Shown: positions 27,456 to 40,859 of the stretch, in pieces
How the letters are laid out: each line of letters begins with the position of its first letter
How positions within the stretch are numbered: the first letter of the stretch is position 1
Origin: Octopus sinensis
Taxonomy: Eukaryota
Length of the DNA stretch: 64,000 bases
NCBI RefSeq assembly: GCF_006345805.1
Contig: NC_042999.1
Coordinates: 155,372,001-155,436,000, forward strand
Direction: 5' to 3'
Position numbers and translations under genes: made by a program
Notes under the pieces: generated by a model
The model's input: the letters and a program-made list of their open reading frames with translations, nothing else
Told to the model about the DNA's origin: nothing
Databases searched by the model: none

Positions 27456-29293
27456 ATATATCATGTCATACACATACACATATACACGATGGGCTTCTTT
27501 CAGTTTCCGTCCACCAAATCCACACAAAAGACTTTGGTCGACCCGAGGCTATAGTAGAAGACACTTGTCCAAGGTGCCACGCAGTGGAACTGAACCCGGA
27601 ACCATTTGGTTGGTCAGCAAGTTTCTTACCACATATCCACGCTCCATTATAGAGAAGAAAAAAAAGGAAGAAAAGAAAAATATCGTTGTTATAGTGTTAT
27701 TAGCATCAAAATCATCACCATAATGGTTATCATTACTTCCACTGTTGCAAGGCGGTGAGTTGGCAGAAACGTTAGCACGCCGGGCGAAATTTTCAGCGGT
27801 ATTTCGTCAGCCGCTAAGTTCTGAGTTCAAATTCCGCCGAGGTCGACTTTGCTTTCATCCTTTCGGGGTCGGTTAAATAAGTACCAGTTACGCACTGGGG
27901 TCAATATAATCGACTTAATCTGTTTGTCTGTCCTTGTTTGTCATCTCTGTGTTTAGTCCCTTGTGGGTAATAAAGAAATAGGTATTTCGTCTGTCTTTAC
28001 GTTCTGAGTTCAAATTCCGCCGAGGTTGACTTTGCCTTTCGGGGTCGAGAAATAAAGTACCAATTGCGTACTGGGATCGATCTAATCGACTGGCTCCCAC
28101 CCCCAAAATTTCGGGCCTTGTGCCTGGAGTAGAAAAGATTTTTCACCGTCGCCTTGAAAAGGAAAGTGAGGGTAGAGAGGGAAGTGTTGTCTTCTAGCAA
28201 ATTTGTTGAAAGGTGGGTAGATGTCGGAAAAATGGCCAGTTTGGATGGACCAATTCTGAGAAAACACCTGTAAAAAAAATGTATAAAAGGAGAAGGGCTC
28301 TTATGGGTTTTTCCACGAGTAACTTTTAAAGCGCCTCTCTCTATTGGGATTTTTTTTACATTGTTTTATTGTTATCAAATTTTCACACGAATGGTTTTTT
28401 TTCGCAAAACCCTTTGTATATCGTCTTGTGTTGTCCTGTAATGTTTTGATTTATTTTAGCCCTTGTGACCAATAAAAGAATGAATTATTTTCACCGTTGC
28501 TCTCGTCCTTATCGTTGCGGCCATTCACATCAACACGACAGTCATCACCATCTAATTTTTTCATAGTGAATGTACCGGCCGCTTCGGACACTCGGCGAAG
28601 AGCACCCTCACAGGAACCGTGCGGGCCGAAACGACCGGGAGGTGGACCCGCTACTACCGCAACGCGAACGGCGACGCCCGACGACGCCTGCCTCGTGGGA
28701 GTACCATTAATTACCACTACCACCACCATCATCACCAGTACAAGCATCATTGTCAACATCCTTTTCATCACACTACCACCACACCACCACTACCACCACC
28801 ACTACCACCACCACCACCACCACCACCACCATTGCCATCAATGTTATCGTTACCGTTATCATTTACCCCACCTCTTATTGCTACGACGACGACCACCACC
28901 ACCACCACCACTACCATCACCACCACCACAACAACCATCATCATCACTATCATCATCTCCAACAGCAACAGCAGCAGCACCATCACTACCATCATCGTCA
29001 TAAACATTCTTTCTGCAGCCCAGTTGTAGAAGACCTACCAGAAAGCACAGCTCTGTTTAACAACGGAATTAAAATAGATTTTTGTTTTGGGTAAACACGT
29101 GGTTTTCATTAGGAGGAGACGAATTTTTTTCAGCAAAATCTAATTGGAATATGAAAAATCGGCAAACAACTTCTAGTTGTAACACTTTGACTTCTCGACA
29201 TGAAACTGTCTTGGGAAATTCAAGTTCTACAGTTTGAGAAAATGTAACAAGATGAACGAAAGGCAATCATATCCAATAACATGTATATACACG

Positions 29294-29427
<134 letters not shown>

Positions 29428-30097
29428 CCCCCCCCACACACACACACATACAGTAATCACTCGCCATACCGCGGTTCACCTAATTCGTACTCAGTACATC
29501 GCGGATTTTTCTGGCTAATGTAAGTAAATTTTTGGAGGCGCAATGGCCCAGTGGTTAGGGCAGCGGACTCGCGGTTTCGATTCCCAGACCGGGCGTTGTG
29601 AGTGTTTATTGAGCGAAAACACCTAAAGCTCCACGAGGCTCCGGCAGGGGGTGGTGGCGATCCCGGCTGTACTCTTTCGCCACAACTTTCTCTCACCCTC
29701 TCTTCTGTTGGCCTGCTCGCTCAGCCAGCGGGGTGGCGTCATTTTAAGGCTAAAACAATGTGAAGCGCATTGTGACCAGCGATGTGTAGCAACATTTGAT
29801 AGCCTGGTCGGTCACGGTGATCACGGTGATGAGTAAATTTATGTTGCGGACTCCTTAGTATGTCGCGGGTTTGTGCGGCCGTTAGGTATTTATATTTTTT
29901 AGATTTTAATTGTTTCTGTGCTAAAATAAGCATTTCACGCCTAAAATGAATAAATTAATAGACAAAAATACAGTTCTTGACTGTATAACACATTAATTAA
30001 AATACGTTAAAAGAAAATACGTAGTGTACCGTACTTGAGTAAACAAAGAATCACACATACTGTATTGAAAACGAAATTCGGGAGGCGAGTGTGTGGT

Positions 30098-30725
30098 GTT
30101 AGTTAGTTAGTTAGTTAATTTGGCTCAAAAGCAAATAGCAAGGCCATGTAGGGGGACATGGAGTTAAGTACAGGGTGGTGTTCCTGTAAAGAGTTCAGGC
30201 CACTTGAGGTCAAGGGAGGCTTTGAACAAAGCGGTCGTCGGCATCTTCACCATCTCGTCTGGCAGCTTGTTCCACGGATCCGCAACCCGGACGGAGAAAG
30301 CTCCTCTCCTTCGATTGAGATGAAATCGTCGCAGGTAGAGCTTTTCGGAATGACCCCGTAGCCGACGCACTGGAGCAGGAGTGAAGAACAGCTCTTTCAA
30401 GAGGTTACACTTTCCGCTTATGATGCTGTGGGCGAGAATGAGATCACCACGGCGGCGGCGTTTTTCTAGGGAATAAAGGTCGAGCGTCCTCAGCCTTTCT
30501 TCATAGGACAAATTTTTGAGACCATGAACCATGCAGGTAGCCAGCTTCTGGACTCTTTCGAGATGCTGTATGTCTTTGAGGAGATAAGGAGAAGAGGCTT
30601 GAATCCCGTATTCCAATATGGGTCTCACCAGCGTGACATAGAGTGGTAGGAATATGGCTGCTGTGAGCATTCCGAATGACCGTCGAATCAAGAACAGAAT
30701 TCCGCGTGCTTTTGGTGTTGTTTTG
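30098..30725 (-). mobile_element. CR1-like LINE 3' fragment
   Basis: LYVTLVRPILEYG...LERVQK.AT....GLKNLSYEERLRTLDLYSLEKRRRRGDLI with a (CTAA)n tail. Confidence 0.9.
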
Positions 30726-30854
30726 CATTTGTGTGTAAAATTGTATTTCGTCATAGAGAAATTTTCTTCATGACTACAGTGAATGACTTTTTCACAGGTT
30801 CCAATATACCTCAAGTATATTTGAACTAGTAAGAAATTTGTATTACTCTTTTAT

Positions 30855-31046
30855 TCTTTTACTTGTTTCAGTCATTTGACTGCGGCCATGCTGGAGCACC
30901 GCCTTTAGTCGAGCAAATCGACCCCAGGACATTCTTTGTAAGCCTAGTACTTATTCTATCGGTCTCTTTTGTCGAAACGCTAAGTTACGGGGACGTAAAC
31001 ACACCACCATCGGTTGTCAAGCGACGTGGGGGGGGGAGACGCAAAA

Positions 31047-31089
<43 letters not shown>

Positions 31090-31250
31090 CATATATACGA
31101 CGGGGGGCTTCTTTCAGTTTCCGTCTACCAAATCCACTCAAGGCTTTGGTCGGCCCGAGGCTTTAGTAGAAGACACTTGCCCAAGGTGCCACGCAGTGGG
31201 AATGAACCCGGAACCATGTGATTGTTAAGCAAGCTACTTACTACACAGTC
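30855..31250 (-). mobile_element. tRNA-derived CORE-like SINE (family A)
   Basis: Full-length match to the other family-A copies. Confidence 0.85.
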
Positions 31251-31902
31251 ATACACTATTTAGTGCTGTCACCCCATAGTCTCACTTTAGTTTTTGATTG
31301 CGACTAAAGCGATAAAGTCGTTCATATTCTTCATCTTTGAAAAAGTGAAAACAACCCGGATTTTTATTCTCGAAAACTTGTATCGGTTTACTGACATCAA
31401 TTCTCAGTAAATTAACGAGTAAATTTCATTAATTTGATTACTCTAATTATAGCGACTGCAAGTCTGCTATTCCAATACTTATAGTATGCTTTAGAAATAC
31501 GATAGCTTCATGTCTGCCCTCCGGATTACGTTTGAATATTAAATCTTTGTTAATTTGCTCCTCATTGTTAGGCATATTTAATTTGCCCTGGAAATTTAAC
31601 CGAAAGAAATCTTTGTCAAAAGGTGACAAAACTAACACTTTAATACTAAAACCTATATTTATCTCATTATTATGCTCAAGTTCCGTCATTTAACGTCCTG
31701 CTGGCGAAATTTGTTTTTTCGCACTAGAGTTCCGGGGCCCCAGCAATGAACTCATTTGCATACAGCCAATCAGAGCTCACATTGACCTTGTCGAGTTAAC
31801 AAGCACATTCTACCAAGTAAACTCAAGACGAAGAACGGTGTTGTAAGTCGACCGACCGCCAAGTTGTGCCTGATTTTAGGAGACAAGTAATTAGATAGAT
31901 TT

Positions 31903-32500
31903 GCGGCGAGCTGTCAGAAACGTTAGCACGCCGGGCGAAATGCTTAGCGGTATTTCGTCTGCCGCTACGTTCTGAGTTCAAATTCCGCCGAGGTCGACCT
32001 TGCCTTTCATCCTTTCGGGGTCGATAAATTAAGTACCAGTTACGCACTGGGGTCGATGTAATCGACATAATCCGTTTGTCTGTCCTTGTTTGTCCTCTCT
32101 GTGTTTAGCCCCTTGTGGGTAATAAAGAAATAGGTATTTCGTCTACCGCTACGTTCTGAGTTCAAATTCCGCCGAAGTCGATTTTGCCTTCCATCCTTTC
32201 GGGGTCGATAAATTAAGTACCAGTTACGCACTGGGGTCGATGTAATCGACTTAATACCTATGTCTGTCCTTGTTTGTCCCCTCTGTGTTTAGCCCCTTGT
32301 GGGTAATAAGGGAAATAGGTATTTCATCTGCCGTTACGTTCTGAGTTCAAATTCCGCCGAAGTCGACTTTGCCTTTCATCCTTTCGGGGTCAATTAAATA
32401 AGTACCAGTTACGCACTGGGGTCGATGTAATCGACTTAATCCGTTTGTCTGTCCTTGTGTGTCCCCTCTATGTTTAACCCCTTGTGGGCAATAAAGAGAT
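31903..32500 (+). mobile_element. Nin-domain-like SINE (family B), trimer
   Basis: One head plus three ~183-bp units; flanked by the direct repeat AAGTAATTAGATAGATTT (~31886 and ~32501). Confidence 0.88.
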
Positions 32501-33951
32501 AAGTAATTAGATAGATTTCCTTCCATACCTATTATCGGATTTTGTTAGGGCCCCATATGGTAAAGATGTGGATGGGAGAAATGTGGGTAGAGGATGATGT
32601 GCTAACAGCCCTCTCCCCTTACAGTTTTACAAAGTAAACAACAACACAAATAATTATGCAGAGGCAGCCATGGTTGAATAAGAACAAGATCAAAAAGAGA
32701 AAAGAAGGATGGCCATTCCTTACCCAAGTGACCTTATCTTATCGCCCATCACTAGTTATGCGCTCATGAATTAGTTTCATAGTTGAGCTCTGATTGGCTG
32801 TATGCAAATTAGTTCATAACTGGGAAGAAAAAGTTTCGCTTCCAGCCGAGGTCAACTTTTCAATTCGTCCCCCTGGGTGTATAAAAGTAATTGACGAATC
32901 CCCTAGCAGAATTGCCTAGGTGCTATGCAGTGAAACTGAACTTGAAGCTATGTGGTTGGGAAACGAACTTTTTAACCACAGAGCCATGCCTGTGTCTATG
33001 AATATTCCAATTTATCGCATGATATCTCATGTATGCACTATCACAATATATATAGAGAGAGAGCCAATGTGAGAGCCTCTATGTGGTTAATCGACATGCT
33101 TGAAATAGCAGTTAAATTTCAGGTCACACTGTGACATAGTAAATAAAGAATACATCGGGTATTATATAGTCCTAGATAGCTTAAATAAAACAACAGAAAT
33201 GTGATGGTTGAAATACTTTTGAACACAGGCTTGCTCAATGCGATTTGTCCCAGGGCTAAAGAAAACAACAGCAGTAACAACAACACCAGCAACAACAATA
33301 ATAAATCTCCTCAGCCTACACCCAGTATTGGAATGAGAGTTTACGCGGCATAGCTGATAATTTCAGAGTAGATTGAAATCAAATCTCGACTGGAGAAATA
33401 CGATATATTCTCCCCGCCATTTACCACTTGTATGGACAAATGATGGCATATCTTTTAATTTCTATGCAAGAGAATTATGGTATGAAATCCTGAAAGACAG
33501 TGTATCAAATATCTGAGGCGGCAGTGGTAAGATCTCTTTAATAGGTTAGCAATGATATAGAATTGATGTCTCTTTGGGCTCGTATCCAAGCGTTATGCAC
33601 ACTGCCCCTTTTTTTCTAAACAACACACATATATATAATTATTGTATTGTATTATATATGTATGTGTATGTGTGTAAATAATTGAAATAAAATTTGCTGA
33701 GTAAGACAAATGTATGTCTGTTTCTCTCCAAGCATTGGGTTCTTCAAGATGTATGTATGTATGTATACGCTAATATCAGGCAGTAAGAATGAGTGCTCAA
33801 AACCACATTGGTGGATAAATACTCATTATTTGTGGGTTGTTAGTGGTATGTTTGAACAATTGTGAAGATTTCTGTACATGAAACCGTTGGTTGCCTTGTT
33901 AACCTACAAATAGAGTACACACACACACACACACATACACACAATAAACGC

Positions 33952-33993
<42 letters not shown>

Positions 33994-34009
33994 CCACACA
34001 CACACACAC

Positions 34010-34715
34010 ATGTAAACAGCAAGGTTGACTTGGCTCGCAAGATGTGCTCCTGGATTCTGAGAACTTTCCGATCTAGAGATGCCTACATCATCGTCCTTCT
34101 CTACTCTACTTTTTCCCGATCCCACCTTGAGTACAGTTGCCCACTGTGGTCTCCCCGTACGAAGCAACTCATTATGAAAGTAGAAGCACTCCAGAGGTCA
34201 ATGACAAGAAAGATAGACGGCATGAGAGGCATTGATTATTGAGGTCGACTAAAAAAACTCAATCTCTACTTTCTCCAGCGCCGCCGGGAGCGCTACATCA
34301 TTTGTGTGATGTGGAAAATATTCCATCAATATTGCACAAATGATGTTGGCATCAATTTTAACATCCATCCAAGACTTGGCCCCCGTACTATCCACCCACT
34401 ACAAAAATCGAACTCAGGACACATAACAACATTACGTCACAATTACTTTACCTCATCCGGTCCAGCTCTCTTTAACACCATACTAAAATACGTCAAAACG
34501 GAAACGGATCCCATAAAATTCAAATGTTTACTGGACAAATTTCTTCAAAAAATCTTGGACCAACCTCCTACACCCGGATATGTCTCCAACAGTAATAAAT
34601 CTTTGTTAGAGTAGGCTGTGGTGCCCCATATATGACTAAAAGACTTCACCAGGTGGTGCTATTGAGTTAGACACGGCCTGGGCCTATACTGGCCGAAACC
34701 TGTCAAAGTTATATC
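34010..34715 (+). mobile_element. CR1-like LINE 3' fragment (second family)
   Basis: WILRTFRSRD...RSHLEYSCPLWSP...VEALQRSMTRKIDGM...LYFLQRRRERY...FKCLLDKFL..ILDQP, with in-frame stops. Confidence 0.85.
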
Positions 34716-34766
34716 CAATTCCCTAAGTTGTAACAGTTCCCCTAAATGGGGCATATACATTTATAT

Positions 34767-34807
<41 letters not shown>

Positions 34808-34808
<1 letters not shown>

Positions 34809-35010
34809 CTTTATTTAAAGCAGCAGAAAATTCAACAAAACCTGTTACTCTGAGTTTCACGTTCCCGTTCGTCGGACAGTTTTTGCGAAACTCAGAGTAA
34901 CAGGTTTTGTTGAATTTTCTGCTGCTTTAAATAAAGCATATTACTCTACCACTGGTATTTGAGTACTCTTTTTTCCACCTTGTTTCACATTTATGTGTTT
35001 ACTCCGGTAT
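34808..35010 (-). mobile_element. Short hammerhead-bearing foldback repeat (Penelope-like); second copy at 62010-62190
   Basis: ~50-bp inverted arms (34810-34858 / 34888-34936); HHR-like motif on the minus strand at 34842-34879; inserted in (TA)n. Confidence 0.7.
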
Positions 35011-35203
35011 ATATATATATATATATATACGCGCGCGTATACCATACATGCATACATACGTACGTACATACATACCTAAATGCACACATACATACATACA
35101 TACATACATACATAGGTGGAGGCGTCATGAACAGAAGCTTGCGTGTATATGAGTGTGTCAGTAAGCCTTTGTGATGTATTTGGTGTCTATCAACTACGTA
35201 ACA

Positions 35204-35470
35204 GTTGTGTCTGGGGAGAGACATTTTCTTTTTGTGCCTTATAATTTAACACACTCACCGGTAAAATTTCCACTTATTTCTTATTTTTATTTTCCTAAAA
35301 TTTTCGTTGCGTCTTGCAACCTTTTCAATAGTCTTGACTCAAGACTATGAAAAGGTTGCAAGACGCAACGAATATTTTAGAAAATAAAAATAAGAAATAA
35401 GTGGAAATTTTACGGGTGAGTGTGTTATATTATAAGGCACAAAAAGAAAATGACTCTCCCCAGACACAAC
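35204..35470. repeat. Near-perfect palindrome (~133-bp arms, 1-nt spacer)
   Basis: GTTGTGTCTGGGGAGAG...ATAGTCTTGA C TCAAGACTAT...CTCTCCCCAGACACAAC; related repeat at ~52578-52820. Confidence 0.9.
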
Positions 35471-36504
35471 AGAATATGCTTCAACACACGAACTCACATA
35501 AAGAATCTTGCAAACCAAATCCAAAAACGAAACTACGTAACTTTTATCATCTTTACCCTCCCCCTACCACTTCTCAATTTCGGCATTTCTCTCTTTCGCG
35601 TTAATCTCTTGTGTTAACTCTGCTTCCCACTTTTATACTGCCCCTCCCACTTCTCTATGCAGTGTAAGGAACAACAGAGATATGCGTGCGTGCGTGTGTC
35701 ATAAGGCACGGGGCATAGTGGTTAGGGGTAATCGGCTCACGATTGAAAGGTCATGAGATCGATTCTCGGCGGCGCGTAATGTCCATGAGCAAGAGACTTT
35801 TTATATGACGTTGATCCACTCAGCAGACAAAAACGAGTAGTACTTGTATTTCAAAGCGCTAACCTTGTCACATTCTGTGTCACGCTTAATCTCCCCCGAG
35901 CACTACGTTAAAGGTACACGTGTCTGTGGAGTGCTCAGCCACTTACACGTTAATTTCACGAGCAGGCTGTTCCATTGATCGTATCAACTGGAACCCTCCT
36001 CGACGGAGTGCCACGACAGGTAGGCATAATATTAAGTCTCCACTCCTTCAAACTACCGCATTGGCTTCTCGTGAAAATAAGAAATAAGCTGTTAATAACG
36101 ACATTAATAAAATATTTGGAACATTGTCCTCATATCTGGCGCAGGCATGGCTACGTGATAAGAAGTTTACTTTCCAACCGCAGTGCCGTAGTATAGATGT
36201 ATACAATATGCGCATTAATCTGGGACTGTAGACTAGATTCTATCTCATTATTTATAAAAATATTTTATATCATACATATATATATATACATACACATTGT
36301 CATGTTAATGTGCATATGTAAATACTTATAATTTTTTCTATGCACATACATGTGTATTATATCCGTGTGTGTGTGTGTATGTGTTTAGGTGTCGGCTATA
36401 TGATATGCATAAGTAATTATTTGTGCATGAAAACTGTTATACGGTTGCTATAAATATGGCCAACAACTTGTACAGACTGGTCGGGCATAGCTCCATATGT
36501 GCAG

Positions 36505-37706
<1,202 letters not shown>

Positions 37707-38405
37707 GTGGAATGAGAGATTGACAGAGAAGGTAGATCATTAAAAAGAAGAACGAAATAAGACGAGAATCCAAGAATAATTGAGAAAGATCAGAAAATTA
37801 TTTTTTGAAAAACACAAGACAAAATGCAGAAATAAAAATATAAAAAAATAGAGGAAAGATAAAAAAAAAGTTTTAAAAAGTTTTAAAAAATTAACGAGGA
37901 AATAAAATAAGATAATGTTTGATCTATATTTCATATTTCTAGAATATTCTAGTCATAATGATTTCAAAATTTGGCAAAAGGCTTTAAATGTGGAAGGAAG
38001 GATGTTATTCAGGCTGTGTGGTAAGAAGATTGCTTCTGTACCACTTGGTTCTGGGTTCAATCTCACTGTGTAGCACCTTGGGCAAGTGTCTTCTACTATT
38101 GCCTCGGGCCGACCAAATCCTTGTGAGTGGATTTGGTAGATGGAAACCGAAAGAAAGAAGCCCGTTCGAAATGAGGAGTAGCTAGACAGCTGACAACTGA
38201 TGAAGGGTTTACTTGTCCTGTTTTCCATTTTTGTCTCGATGTTTACGTATTTCATGTTATTTGCACCATTGGTGACGTCCTGTACCATATATTCATATAT
38301 ATAGTTAATCCAAACATTAAAAAACAAAGAGAAGACGCAACAACACGAGGACGTGGAACAAGTATAGTGTTATTGGACTTTCAGGAAAGGAAAGAAAGAA
38401 GGTGG

Positions 38406-38440
38406 ATTTAACGTTTCGAGCGGAGCTCTTCGTCAGAAAC
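38406..38440 (-). ncRNA. Minimal type-I hammerhead-ribozyme-like motif
   Basis: Minus strand GTTT-CTGACGA-A-GAGC(TCC)GCTC-GAAA-CG-TT-AAAT; palindromic AACGTT in stem III. Confidence 0.65.
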
Positions 38441-38488
38441 ATAGAAAAATGAACGATAATAGGAATGGCGATTATGTAGTACATATAT

Positions 38489-38533
<45 letters not shown>

Positions 38534-38559
38534 TATATATATAATATATATATATAATA

Positions 38560-39374
38560 CGAGGGTAATCCCAAAAGTAAGGTCTCCAAAGCGCTGAGGA
38601 GGCAAGGGAAACTGTGCGTGCAGGTAATGGCAGCACTGTTGTGTTTATTGTGCAAACCCTAACCCTGCCGCTGCGCGCGACTCACTGCAGCGCTCAGTCT
38701 TGGCTTGGCAGTCGTATCTGATGGACTTCCTGATTGTCGCTACCGCCAAGTGTGAAGTTCGCGCAGTTAATCGGTTTTTGAACGCAAAAGGCATTAAACC
38801 GATTGAAATTCATCACCAATTAACGGAAGTGTGTGGCGAGTCATGCATGGATGTCAAAAACTCTGCAATTGGTGACGAAGAAAGAACCGGGCAACCATCA
38901 ATTTCCGATGAGAGTGTTGTGAAGGTTGAGCAAATCCTGCATGAAAATCGGCGGATCACTCTGGATGATCTCCGCATTTTGGTTCCTGGGGTTGCCGGAA
39001 GGTCTGCGCATGCTGGGTCCCATGAATGCTTACAGAAGACCATAAACAGCAACCCACCTTATAGTACGGACTTGGCACCCAGTGACTACCACCTGTTCTC
39101 TAAGTTGAAGGAACATTTGGCCGGAACGCGCTTCAGCAACGACGACGAGGTAAAATATGAGGTTCAACGCCTCCCCAATGACATGGCGGTGAGCTGGTAT
39201 GACATGGGCATTCAAAAACTGACCCCGCGCCTACAAAAGTGCACCGACCGAAATGGCGATTATGTAGTAAAATAGATAAATTTTCAAACTTTAAAATGGT
39301 GTAAACATCATTGACAATAAACGTTTCTATGATTTCTAAATATTTTTGGGGACCTTACTTTTGGGATTCCCTCG
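38560..39374 (+). mobile_element. Internally deleted mariner element with TIRs and TA TSD
   Basis: TIRs CGAGGGTAATCCCAAAAGTAAGGTC / GACCTTACTTTTGGGATT-CCCTCG flanked by TA; ORF 38721-39275 has N-terminal HTH, PPYSTDLAPSDYHLFSKLK and C-terminal KC..RNGDY. Confidence 0.92.
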
Positions 39375-39743
39375 TATATATGTCAACGTATGTGTCTTTG
39401 TATCTGTGTTTGTCCCCCTACCACCGCTTGACAATCGGTGTTGGTGTGTTTACGTTCCCATAACCTAGCAGTTCGGCAAAAGAGACTAATAGAATAAGTA
39501 CCAGGCTTTTAAAATATAAGTCCTGTGGACAGTACATTCAATTAAAATTTCTCCAAAGCAGTGCTATAGTATGGCCACAGTCTCATGACTAAAACATGTA
39601 AAAGATAAAAGATAAATACAATTGACCGCAGTCAATGACTGATCCTTTATTTTAACAACCCCAAAGGAACAAAAGCAAAGCTGACCTCTGCTAGATTTGA
39701 ACTTAAAACATAAAGAGACAGAGGAAATGCCACTAAACGTATT

Positions 39744-39830
39744 TTAACCACTACGCCATATGTCCGTGGCGTAGTGGTTAAGAGTGCGGGCTACTAACCC
39801 AAAGATTCCGAGTTCGATTCCAAGCAGTGA

Positions 39831-39888
<58 letters not shown>

Positions 39889-40103
39889 TAATAATATAAT
39901 ATTATTATTATTATTATAACATCGAAAAATAACTTACAAATGAGACCCAGGTTCGAAATTTCCCCAAGACACCTGAAGAAGGCTGGAGGGTATATCAGCC
40001 GAAATGTTGTGTTTAACAACAAACAAGATGAGGACAAATATCCGTTAAATGTAAATAATGTAAATAATGCTCATAATTCCTCACTTCTTAAATATAGAAC
40101 TGT
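39744..40103 (+). mobile_element. tRNA-headed short element with internal (TAA)n and hammerhead-like tail
   Basis: A box TGGCGTAGTGG, B box GTTCGATTC, (TAA)n, then HHR-like motif at 39968-40013; 15-bp inverted copy of the head at 39744-39758. Confidence 0.65.
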
Positions 40104-40859
40104 ACCAGTAGAGTTTGTGTTTTTGTATTCTGCAATCACATTGTTCATTTCACGCAATTTTTTTTGAATTATCTTGTTTTGGATATACTCCTCTACGGAT
40201 ATTCCCATGACCCTCTGGCTACCAGAGCTTGTCACTGCTCTTCCTTTTTTGTCGTAGCCTATGTTTCTCTTGCGTATAAGAGTGCGAGCAGGATGGTGTT
40301 ATTGAAGGCGGCGAGCTGGCAGAAACGTTAGCACACCGGGCGAAATTCTCAGCAGTATTTCGTCTGTCGCTACGTTCTGAGTTCATATTCCGCCGAGGTC
40401 GACTTTGCCTTTCATCCTTTCGGGGTCGATTAAATAAGTACCAGTTACGCACTGGAGTCGATATAATCGACTTAATCCGTTTGTCTGTCCTTGTCTGTCC
40501 CTTCTGTGTTTAGCCCCTTGTGGGTAGTAAAGAAATAGGATGGTGTTATTGAAGTGATTGGTTCACAGGGTCACAGAAACACACGTAGAAATGTGTATGT
40601 TTGTGTATTCGTTTACATTTGTGCTATGCAAAAGCTGCAAGCTATAAATGATACTGTAATTCTTATGAACTTTCAACAAATCATTCCATTAAAAAAACAT
40701 GTAAAATAAGAGATCCTTTAATGTTTCCAACAAGGGTTAATGACAGCAAGGGCATCCAGCTGTAAAGCAATGCTTCAATAATATAGCCATCTAACCCATG
40801 CTAGCATGGAAAAACAGAGGCAAAACGAAAAGTAAACTCTTGCACAATTATACTGTGAC

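Noticed and set aside
31903-32500. Regularly spaced repeats resembling a CRISPR array
   Set aside because: Whole ~183-bp units repeat with no unique spacers; SINE multimer in a eukaryotic context.
39763-39832. Functional tRNA gene
   Set aside because: Acceptor and T stems pair poorly and there is no Pol III terminator; treated as a SINE-like head. The same applies to the other SINE heads.
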